Shown piece by piece: positions 49,457 through 56,978 of a stretch of 64,000 nucleotides of DNA. The stretch spans positions 5,240-69,239 of the forward strand of contig CAVPEW010000007.1 in NCBI GenBank assembly GCA_963703565.1, in the 5' to 3' direction. Each line of letters opens with the position of its first letter. The stretch's first letter is position 1. The DNA is from an uncultured Microthrixaceae bacterium. GTDB taxonomy: Bacteria; Actinomycetota; Acidimicrobiia; Acidimicrobiales; VFJN01. Both the position numbers and the translations under genes were made by a program. The notes below the pieces were generated by a model, which worked only from the letters and a program-made list of their open reading frames with translations, did not search any database and had not been told where the DNA came from.

Positions 49457-50619
49457 TCAGGGTCGCGGTTCGGGCGCCGGTCGCCCCAGGTGGTAGCCCT
49501 GACCGAGCTGGCAGCCCACCGCCAGCAGGGCCACGGCCTGGGCCTGGGTCTCGATGCCCTCGGCCACCACGGCGGCACCGGTGAATCGGGCCGCCTCCAC
49601 GATGCGGCTGGCCGCCCGTCCAACAGCGGGGTGGCGCGCTGCCGCCGCCACCACGGGCCGGTCGAGCTTGACGACGTCCACGGCAAGCAGGCGGACCATC
49701 TCCGCGGAGGTGGCGCTGGTGTCGGCGTCGTCCAGCGCGACGGCCAGGCCCAGGTCGCGCAGCGCTCGGATCGTCGATGCCGCGGCGTGCGGGTCGGCGC
49801 GCACCGACCCCACGGCTACTTCGACGACCAGGCGGGCGGGGTCAGCCCCCGTGTCGGCGAGCACCTCGCGCAAGCGGTGGGTGAGCCCCGGCTCGCGCAG
49901 CTCCGCCGCGGACAGGTTGATCGACAGGCCGGGCAGGTCGCTCGCGACGGCTCTTCGCAGGCGGTGCGTACGACGTGGCGACCGAGCCGCGCCGCCATCG
50001 CCGGGTCCTCGGCCAGCCCCAGGAAGGATCCCGGTCCGAGCCGACCGACGCCGGGCCTCTCCCAGCGCAGGAGGGCTTCGTAGCCGGCGACCCTCCCGTC
50101 GGCCAGATCAACCACGGGCTGGTAGTCGAAGGCCAGCTCGCCGGCTCTCAGGCCCCGTCGCAGAGCCCCCTCGTCGGGTGGCGTGCCGACGCCGACCTGG
50201 GACCAGCGCAGCACCGTGCGGGTTCGGCCCCGCTTGTCCCGCCGGGTGCTGGCCTCGGCTCGCAGACTCGACACGGCGCCGGCAGCGACGAGGCGGGCGG
50301 GGTCGACGGCTACCGGGCCGCCGGCCTGCCCGGCCCGTGAAACGGCACCGAGCACGCCGGCGAGGTCGCTGGGGTGGACGATCGATGCGAGGGTCCGCAG
50401 CCGCAGCTCCCGTGGGCTGCTGCCGGTGAGCTCGGCGGTGGCGCCCCCGGCGTGGACGATGCGGCCCTGCTCGTCCACGACCACCACGAGCTCGACGGGG
50501 TCGGTGGACCCGTCGCGCGGGCCAGCGGGCACGCCAACGTCGATGAGGTCGGTGCCCACGGCGGGGTGATCGGCACGCCGGGGGCAGCCCTGGAGCCCCT
50601 TAGCTGTGACCAACGCCAC
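49457..50619 (-). pseudogene. PAS-EAL (c-di-GMP phosphodiesterase-type) protein split by a 1-nt frameshift inside the EAL domain
   Basis: Frame 1 reads ...VVVDEQGRIVHAGGATAELTGSSPRELRLRTLASIVHPSD (PAS-like)...ELAFDYQPVVDLADGRVAGYEALLRWERPG...LGRHVVRTACEE, then junk. Frame 2 continues (AVASD)LPGLSINLSAAELREPGLTHRLREVLADTGADPARLVVEV...GLAVALDDADTS...VDVVKLDRP...VVAEGIETQAQ...GCQLGQGYHLGRP. The switch is near 49945-49962. Confidence 0.65.
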
Positions 50620-50631
50620 ATGCCCGTGGGC

Positions 50632-53600
50632 CTACCAGGTGCGGATGACGCCGCCGGTCAGCGTGGCCTTGGATGCTGCCGAGCCCAGGGAGTACGTGAC
50701 CGCCCCGGTGATCGACACCGAGTAACGGTCGGGCACTGTGGCGGCCACCGAGATGGTGGAGGGCGCCGGACCGGATGTCACCGCGCCCGAGGCGAGGTAG
50801 ACTGTGAAGCTGGCGGCTCCGGTGGCGCTGAGCGACGGGGAGCACACCTTGTTCTTTCCGCCGGTGCAGCTCACCGTGAACGCGCTCAGCGTCGAGGATC
50901 GCGCCACGGTCACGGTGCTCGGACCTGACCGCCACAGGTGCACGGCCGAGCCGCTGGCGGGCGTGCTGCGGCTGGCCGGGGTGGCCACGAAGGCGAAGTC
51001 ATCCCGGGCCGCGCCGGCGACCACACGCCCTGCACCGGCTGCGGCACCGCTGGTGCTGGCGCCCACAGCCACTGCGGACAGCTCGCGCGGCGCTTCGTAC
51101 AGCGGGCTCGTGGCGGTGACCATCAGGGCCTTGGCGCCACGGGCGAGGCTCGCCGTACAGGTGGCATTGCCGGCGCCGTTGCCTGCGGAGTTGACCGTGG
51201 CGCTGCAGAGGGTCGGGCCACCGACCTCGGCGAAGGCCAGCTGCACGCCCCCCAGCCCGGAACCGAGGCGGCCGTCGGCCTCCTCGGCCACCGTCGCCGC
51301 CAGCGTGACCGGCGTGGAGGCAGCCGAGGCCGCCGTCACGAAGGTCCCGCTCAGGGTGACGACGAGAGACTCGGGCACCACCGTGAAGGGCACAGTCCTG
51401 GTGGCGGGCAGGTAGGCGGCGTCGCCGGCGAACGAGACCGTCACGGTGGTGCCCGCAGGCGGGGTCAGCACCACGATCGATCCGCTGCTCACCCCGGCTG
51501 CGTCGGTGGTCGCCATGGACGACGCGCCGGCCAGCGTGGTGGTCACGGTCCGGCCCCCCACACCGTTGCCACCGGCGCTGTCGGCGAGCGCGGCCGTGGT
51601 CGTCGCCTGGTCGGAGTACTGCACCGACGAGGCGCCCGTGTAGGTCAAGGTGGTGGCGCGGCGTGTGACGGTGACGGTGAACGACGCTGTGCCGAAGAGC
51701 CCGCCCGAGTCCTGGGCCAGCAGCGTCAGCGTATGGCTGCCGACCTGGGCGTCCCCGGGAGCCCACGTGAGCACTCCGGTGGACGGGTCGATCCCGGCCC
51801 CGGCGGGGCCGGCTACCAGGCTCCAGGTGACCGGGTCACCGTCGGGGTCGGACGCGGCCGCCATCACGGTCACGGTGTCGCCCCACGGCGTGGTGGCAGC
51901 CGGCGGTTGTGCCACGACAGGCGCGTCGTTGACGCAGGCCACGCTGAGCGAGACGGTGGCCGTGGCGGTGTTCCCCTGCCCGTCACCGATGGTGTACCCG
52001 AAGGTGTCCGGGCCGCAGTAACCGGCGGCTGGCGTGTAGGTGACGGTACCCGGCGCTCCCACCGCGGCGGTGCCGTGGGCCGGCGCGGTGAGCCCCACCA
52101 CCGCCAGCACGTCGAAGTCGGGGTCGACGTCGTTGGCCAGGACCTCGACCACGACCGAGGAATCCTCGGCCACCGCCGCCGAGTCGGCCACTGCCACTGG
52201 CGGGTCCTGCAGGCAGGAGATCTCGACCGGGACCACCAGGGCCGAGTCGGTGGCGCCGCCGGGGTCCTCGACGGTGTAGCCGAACGTGTCCGCGCCGCAG
52301 TAGTCGGGATCGGGCGTGTAGGTCACGGCGACGCCGCCGGCGTCGACGGCGGTGGTGCCGTGCGCCGGGTCGGTCGCGGTGACGACGGTCAGAGCGTCGC
52401 CGTCGGGGTCGGTGTCGTTGACCAGAACGTCGATGACCACCGGCGTGTCCTCCGCGGTGGAGGCCGAGTCGTCGACGGCGTTGGGCCCACCTGGTACGCA
52501 GGTGACGGTCACGGTGACCGTGGCCGTGTCGGCGGTGGCGCCGTCGGACACGAAGTAGGAGAACGAGTCGTTCCCGCAGTAGCCCGGGTCGGGCGTGTAG
52601 GTGACGGTGCCGTCGGCGTTGCGCACGGTGGTGCCGTGCACGGGATCGCTGACCGCGGTCACCACGAGCGCGTCGGTCGGGTCGCTGTCGGTGTCGTTGG
52701 CCAGCACGTCGATGAGCACCGGCGTGTCCTCCACGGTGGATGCCGTGTCGTCGACCGCGGCCGGGCCGTCGTTGGCGCAGACCACCGTGACGGTCACCGT
52801 GGCCGTGTCGGAGCCGCCGTTGCCGTCGTCGGCGACGTAGGAGAACGTGTCGGTGCCGCACGTGTCGGGGCTGGGCGTGTAGCGGACCTGGCCGGCGACG
52901 ACCGCCACCGACCCGGAGGTGGGGGTGCCGAGCGTCCCGACGGTGAGCACGTCGCCGTCGGGGTCGGAGTCGTTGGCCAGCACGTCCACGTCGACGGAGG
53001 TGTCCTCGGCGGAGGAGGCCGAGTCGTCGACAGCGGTCGGGGCCCGGTTGGGACAGGTGATCGTGACCCGCACCGTGGCGGGGACCACGGCGAGCCCGTC
53101 GGTCACTGTGTAGCTGAAGGAGTCGGTGCCGTAGGTGGCACTGGCGGGGTCGCACGCCGCGGCGCCGGGGGTGTAGCGCGCCTTGCCGGCTACCACCGAC
53201 GCGGTGCCCTTGGCGGGGCCCCCGACGCCGACGAGGGTGATCACGTCGCCGTCTGGGTCGGTGTCGTTGGCCAGCACGTCGACGTCTACGGGCGTGAGCG
53301 GAGCTGTCGTGGCCTCGTCGTCGACGGGTTCGGGCAGTCCGTTGGTGCCCACCGTAGAAGCGAGCGATCCCACCACCACCGGGGTCAGGCTCGACTGGTC
53401 GATGCCGTCGCCGAGCTGGCCGCTGCTGTTGTCACCCCAGCAGCGCACGGACGTGTCGACGAGCCGGGCGCAGGTGTTCTGCCGCCCGGCGCTGATCGAG
53501 GTGGTCACCTGCTCGCCGTCGGGCGGGTCGAGCTTGCCGCCCGAGTCGACCACGACTGGCTGGTCGCGGTTGCTCGTGGTGCCGTCGCCGAGCTGGCCGT

Positions 53601-55716
53601 CGCCGTTGCGACCCCAGCAGACGACGGTGGAGCTGGCCAGCAGGGCGCAGGTGTGGAAGTCGCCGGCCACCACGGCCACGGCAGGGTCGAGCGCACCGAT
53701 GAGGTCGACGGCCACGGGGGTGTCACGATCGGTGGTGCTGTCGTCGCCGAGCTGGCCGTAGTCGTTGTCGCCCCAGCAGCGCACGCCGGGGCTGACCACC
53801 GCGCAGGTGTGGCCCGCGCCGGCGGCCAGGTCGGTGGCCCCCGTGAGGTCCTTGACAGCGACAGGCGTGTGGCGCTCGTCGTCGGAGTCGTCGCCGAGCT
53901 GGCCCGAGGAGTTGTCACCCCAGCAGCGGGCGGCGCCGCCCACGACGAGCGCGCAGGTGTGGAACCCGCCCACCGCGAGGCGCGTCGCCCCGCCGAGACC
54001 GCTGACGGTCACCGGCACGGCCGAGTCGGTCGTGGTGTCGTCACCGAGTTGGCCGTCGGCGTTGCGGCCCCAGCAGCGGGCGGTGGCATCGCCGAGCACT
54101 GCGCAGGCGTGGCCGCGCTCGGCAGTGCCGAGGGCTCCGCCGCCTGCCACAGAGGTCGCGTCGACGACGCCCGACACCGGCGCCGGGACGGTGTGGGCGA
54201 CGGTGGTGCCGTCCCCGAGCTGGCCGTCGCCGTTGGCGCCGAAGCACGAGGGGGCCCCGGGCGAGGTGGGCAGCAGGCAGGTGAGGCGGTTGGCTGCGGT
54301 GATGCTGGTCACTGTGCCTGCGACGTCGACGGGGACCGGGACGGGGCTGTCGGCACCGACGGCGCGCCCGAGCTGGCCCGAGCCGTTGTCGCCCCAGCAC
54401 ACTGGCGTGCCGGGCGTGAGCCGGGCGCAGGCGTGCCCGTCCCCGGTGGTGACGCCGGTGGCGTCGGTCAGCGAGGTGACTGTCACGGGCTTGGAGCTCG
54501 ACGACACGAAGCCGCCCAGTTGGCCGTAGAAGTCGTAGCCCCAGCAGCGCAGCGATCCGGCCAGTGCGCAGCTCTCGAAGCCACCGGTCGTCACTGCGGT
54601 CGCGCCGGCTATGCCGGGCACGTCGTGGGGCACGAGGCGCTGGTCGGGTGGCAGCGGGGACGGCTGGTAGCCCAGCTGCTGGCGGGCGTTGTCGCCCCAG
54701 CAGGAGGCCTGGCCGGTGGAGCGCAGGGCGCAGGTGTGGCGCACCGCTGCCGACACCGCCGTGGCGTCGTCGAGGCCGTCGGCCTCCACAGGTGTGTGCC
54801 GGTCGGTCTTGGTGCCATCGCCGAGCTGGCCTTCGTTGTTGAGGCCCCAGCAGTCGACCTTGCCCGACTCGAGCACCGCGCAGGTGTGCGAGGAACCGGC
54901 CGACACCGCGCGGGCGGGGTCGTCTTCGTCGATCCCGGACACCTCGGTCGGAACGGCCCGCTCCTGGGTGGTGCCGTCGCCGAGCTGGCCGAAGCCGTTG
55001 TGGCCCCAGCACGTGACGGTGCCGTCGGCGAGGACGGCACAGGAGTGGAACTCGCCGGCGGTGACGGCCACCGCCGGGTTGGCGCTGGTGATGCCGGACA
55101 CGGCGACCGGCCGGAACGACACGTCACCGGGATCACCGTCGCCGAGCTGGCCGCTGCCGTCGAGGCCCCAGCACAGCACCGTCCCGTCGCCCATCAGGGC
55201 GCAGGTGTGGAAGCTGCCGGTGGCCACAGCGCTGGCCCCGGTGAGCGCCCCCGTGCCGGACGGTGAGCGCACCTCGACGGGGGTGAGCTTGGTCGTTCCG
55301 ATCTCGTCGCCGTCGCCGAGCTGGCCGCTGCCGTCGAGGCCCCAGCACCGCACTCCCCCGCCGTGCACGACGGCGCAGCTGTGTTGGGAGCCCGCGGCGA
55401 CGCTGCGTGCTGCGCTCAGCCCGGAGACCGCCACCGGGCGCGAGGTGACCGAGCGGGTGCCGTTGCCGAGCTGGCCCTGGTCGTTGTCGCCCCAGCACTG
55501 CACGGCGCCGGTGTCGAGCGCGGCGCAGGCATGCAGGCCGCCCACGGTGATGCGCTGCTGCTGGTCGGCGACCGCTGCGCCCGCGCCTTCGCCGCGATCG
55601 GCGCCCGCCGGGTTGGCGGGGACGCCGAGGGGGGCGAGCAGGCCGGCCACCAGGCCGGCGACGGCCGCGACCACGACGAGGCGACGACGCCGGCGGGGAT
55701 CTCGGCGCGTGGTCAC
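50632..55716 (-). CDS. 1694-aa secreted/anchored protein: 14 RCC1-like repeats + 5 cadherin-like modules + Ig-like C-terminal domains
   Basis: GTG at 55716 (GTGA overlap with the upstream stop) gives VTTRRDPRRRRRLVVVAAVAGLVAGLLAPLG (signal/anchor). Fourteen CWG/CFG-x4-GQLG repeats follow, then five modules of type AVDDSASTAEDTPVVIDVLxNDTDPDGDxL...YTPxPxxCGxDxFxY..D, then PWGDTVTVMAAASDPDGDPVTWSL... and Ig-like beta-rich sequence. The 1993-aa track ORF is a shadow extension. Confidence 0.8.
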   Translation of the reverse strand: MTTRRDPRRRRRLVVVAAVAGLVAGLLAPLGVPANPAGADRGEGAGAAVADQQQRITVGGLHACAALDTGAVQCWGDNDQGQLGNGTRSVTSRPVAVSGLSAARSVAAGSQHSCAVVHGGGVRCWGLDGSGQLGDGDEIGTTKLTPVEVRSPSGTGALTGASAVATGSFHTCALMGDGTVLCWGLDGSGQLGDGDPGDVSFRPVAVSGITSANPAVAVTAGEFHSCAVLADGTVTCWGHNGFGQLGDGTTQERAVPTEVSGIDEDDPARAVSAGSSHTCAVLESGKVDCWGLNNEGQLGDGTKTDRHTPVEADGLDDATAVSAAVRHTCALRSTGQASCWGDNARQQLGYQPSPLPPDQRLVPHDVPGIAGATAVTTGGFESCALAGSLRCWGYDFYGQLGGFVSSSSKPVTVTSLTDATGVTTGDGHACARLTPGTPVCWGDNGSGQLGRAVGADSPVPVPVDVAGTVTSITAANRLTCLLPTSPGAPSCFGANGDGQLGDGTTVAHTVPAPVSGVVDATSVAGGGALGTAERGHACAVLGDATARCWGRNADGQLGDDTTTDSAVPVTVSGLGGATRLAVGGFHTCALVVGGAARCWGDNSSGQLGDDSDDERHTPVAVKDLTGATDLAAGAGHTCAVVSPGVRCWGDNDYGQLGDDSTTDRDTPVAVDLIGALDPAVAVVAGDFHTCALLASSTVVCWGRNGDGQLGDGTTSNRDQPVVVDSGGKLDPPDGEQVTTSISAGRQNTCARLVDTSVRCWGDNSSGQLGDGIDQSSLTPVVVGSLASTVGTNGLPEPVDDEATTAPLTPVDVDVLANDTDPDGDVITLVGVGGPAKGTASVVAGKARYTPGAAACDPASATYGTDSFSYTVTDGLAVVPATVRVTITCPNRAPTAVDDSASSAEDTSVDVDVLANDSDPDGDVLTVGTLGTPTSGSVAVVAGQVRYTPSPDTCGTDTFSYVADDGNGGSDTATVTVTVVCANDGPAAVDDTASTVEDTPVLIDVLANDTDSDPTDALVVTAVSDPVHGTTVRNADGTVTYTPDPGYCGNDSFSYFVSDGATADTATVTVTVTCVPGGPNAVDDSASTAEDTPVVIDVLVNDTDPDGDALTVVTATDPAHGTTAVDAGGVAVTYTPDPDYCGADTFGYTVEDPGGATDSALVVPVEISCLQDPPVAVADSAAVAEDSSVVVEVLANDVDPDFDVLAVVGLTAPAHGTAAVGAPGTVTYTPAAGYCGPDTFGYTIGDGQGNTATATVSLSVACVNDAPVVAQPPAATTPWGDTVTVMAAASDPDGDPVTWSLVAGPAGAGIDPSTGVLTWAPGDAQVGSHTLTLLAQDSGGLFGTASFTVTVTRRATTLTYTGASSVQYSDQATTTAALADSAGGNGVGGRTVTTTLAGASSMATTDAAGVSSGSIVVLTPPAGTTVTVSFAGDAAYLPATRTVPFTVVPESLVVTLSGTFVTAASAASTPVTLAATVAEEADGRLGSGLGGVQLAFAEVGGPTLCSATVNSAGNGAGNATCTASLARGAKALMVTATSPLYEAPRELSAVAVGASTSGAAAGAGRVVAGAARDDFAFVATPASRSTPASGSAVHLWRSGPSTVTVARSSTLSAFTVSCTGGKNKVCSPSLSATGAASFTVYLASGAVTSGPAPSTISVAATVPDRYSVSITGAVTYSLGSAASKATLTGGVIRTW
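51934..53334 (-). repeat. five tandem 92-95-codon cadherin-like modules inside the giant CDS (diverged DNA repeats)
   Basis: Module boundaries counted back from the stop codon: 53334-53053, 53052-52777, 52776-52498, 52497-52213, 52212-51934. Each ends in ...TV(T/V/A/S)C and has an internal YTP...C...D(S/T)F(S/G)Y. Confidence 0.75.
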
Positions 55717-56912
55717 GAGCAGGGCTCCTCGGGCGCCTCGGGGATGCCGAGCTTGTTCTTGGTCGCTTGGTAGATCATGTCGGCGAGGCACTCGTGCCCG
55801 TCGGCGTTGGGGTTGATCCCCATGCCGGTGGTCTGCTGCAGAGCCAGCAGCAGCACCCCGTTCACCGCCGGGGTGAGGTACAGGAACGGCGGCAGGAACC
55901 CACCGACGCCGTCGGAGGCGATCCAGGTGTCGCCCCCGTCGGAGCACCCGAAGTCCTCGTCGGTGTTGTGGTTGTCGACCGTGTTGGTGGGGTGGTACAC
56001 GCTGGTCTGGATCTTGACCGTCATCTCGGTGCAGTGATCCTTGAACTCGTCGTAGGGGTTGATGAAGAAGTACCGGCCCTGGCTGGCGGTGCGGAACGGC
56101 TTGACGACCCCCTCGATGGTCCGGTTGAGCTTGCGAACCACCTGGTCGAGGGTGACCAGCGCCGGCGGGAGCTGGATCCAGCGGGCGGTGCAGGTGGGGA
56201 TCGTGTCCACCAGGTCGGCGCAGAAGCCGGGGATGTCGGTGGCCACGTCGGTGGCGGAGGGATAGGGGTTGAAGTAGCCCAGCACCGCCACGACCAGCTG
56301 CGGGTTGCCGTCCATCTGGACCCGGTAGCCGTTGAGGATGTTGGCGAGCTCGTCGCGAAGCTGGTCGAAGGCCGGCTGGGCGTTGAGCACCGCCAGCGCG
56401 CACACGTTCGCGGCGAGGAACTCGTGGTTCTTGATCAGGGTCAGGCAGGTGGAGACGTGCTCGACGATCACCGAGTTCTGCCGGCCCACCTCGAGGGTGA
56501 TCAGCCTGGGGCGCAGGTCGTTGGCCAGGCCTCGCTGGGTCTGGCCGTTCGCGTCGACCCGGTCGACGTAGTCGCCTGTGCTGGTCGGGTCGACCGAGGT
56601 GTTGTTGAGGCACCAGGGACCGTTGGAGGGCGACGCCCGCAGCTTCTCGAGGAGCTTGTTGGAGTAGCGATCGGTGTCTGAGGCGTCGGTGCCGGCGACC
56701 ACGCCGTCGCCGCCGGCGACGTAGCGCAGAGCGCAGTCGCTCTCGGGCGAGGGGTCCGGTGCCGGCGGGCCGCCCTCGCTGGCCACCAGCGACGTGGCGC
56801 CGTCAGCGGTGGGGTCGTCGTCTCCCGAGCGGGACAGGGCCACGCCGGCCACCAGCACCGCGACCGCTGCGACGATTGCCAGGGCCCGCTTGGTTCGTTG
56901 CGTCGACCGCAT
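55713..56912 (-). CDS. secreted SGNH/GDSL-hydrolase-like protein (possibly non-catalytic)
   Basis: Signal/anchor MRSTQRTKRALAIVAAVAVLVAGVAL, then block-like segments YVAGGDGVVAG, ITLEVGRQNS and GINPNADGHECLADMIY arranged like SGNH blocks I, III and V. Several Cys pairs. By eye less GC-rich than its neighbours. Confidence 0.55.
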   Translation of the reverse strand: MRSTQRTKRALAIVAAVAVLVAGVALSRSGDDDPTADGATSLVASEGGPPAPDPSPESDCALRYVAGGDGVVAGTDASDTDRYSNKLLEKLRASPSNGPWCLNNTSVDPTSTGDYVDRVDANGQTQRGLANDLRPRLITLEVGRQNSVIVEHVSTCLTLIKNHEFLAANVCALAVLNAQPAFDQLRDELANILNGYRVQMDGNPQLVVAVLGYFNPYPSATDVATDIPGFCADLVDTIPTCTARWIQLPPALVTLDQVVRKLNRTIEGVVKPFRTASQGRYFFINPYDEFKDHCTEMTVKIQTSVYHPTNTVDNHNTDEDFGCSDGGDTWIASDGVGGFLPPFLYLTPAVNGVLLLALQQTTGMGINPNADGHECLADMIYQATKNKLGIPEAPEEPCS

Positions 56913-56978
56913 GCCGCTCCCTTCGCGTCGGGTCGTCTGGACCGGGACGGGAGCCCCGCCCCGGTCCGAACGAGTGGG

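Noticed and set aside
50938-55266. 1442-aa plus-strand ORF
   Set aside because: It is antisense to the RCC1/cadherin-like gene. Its translation is a monotonous Gly/Arg/Val/Asp string (GGRV..., HRGG...) with no motifs. The repetitive high-GC template keeps the antisense frame open.
50632-56613. 1993-aa version of the giant surface protein
   Set aside because: The first 299 codons overlap the SGNH-like gene in another frame and are Arg/Pro-rich. A GTG at 55716 gives a proper basic-hydrophobic signal/anchor and a GTGA overlap with the upstream stop.
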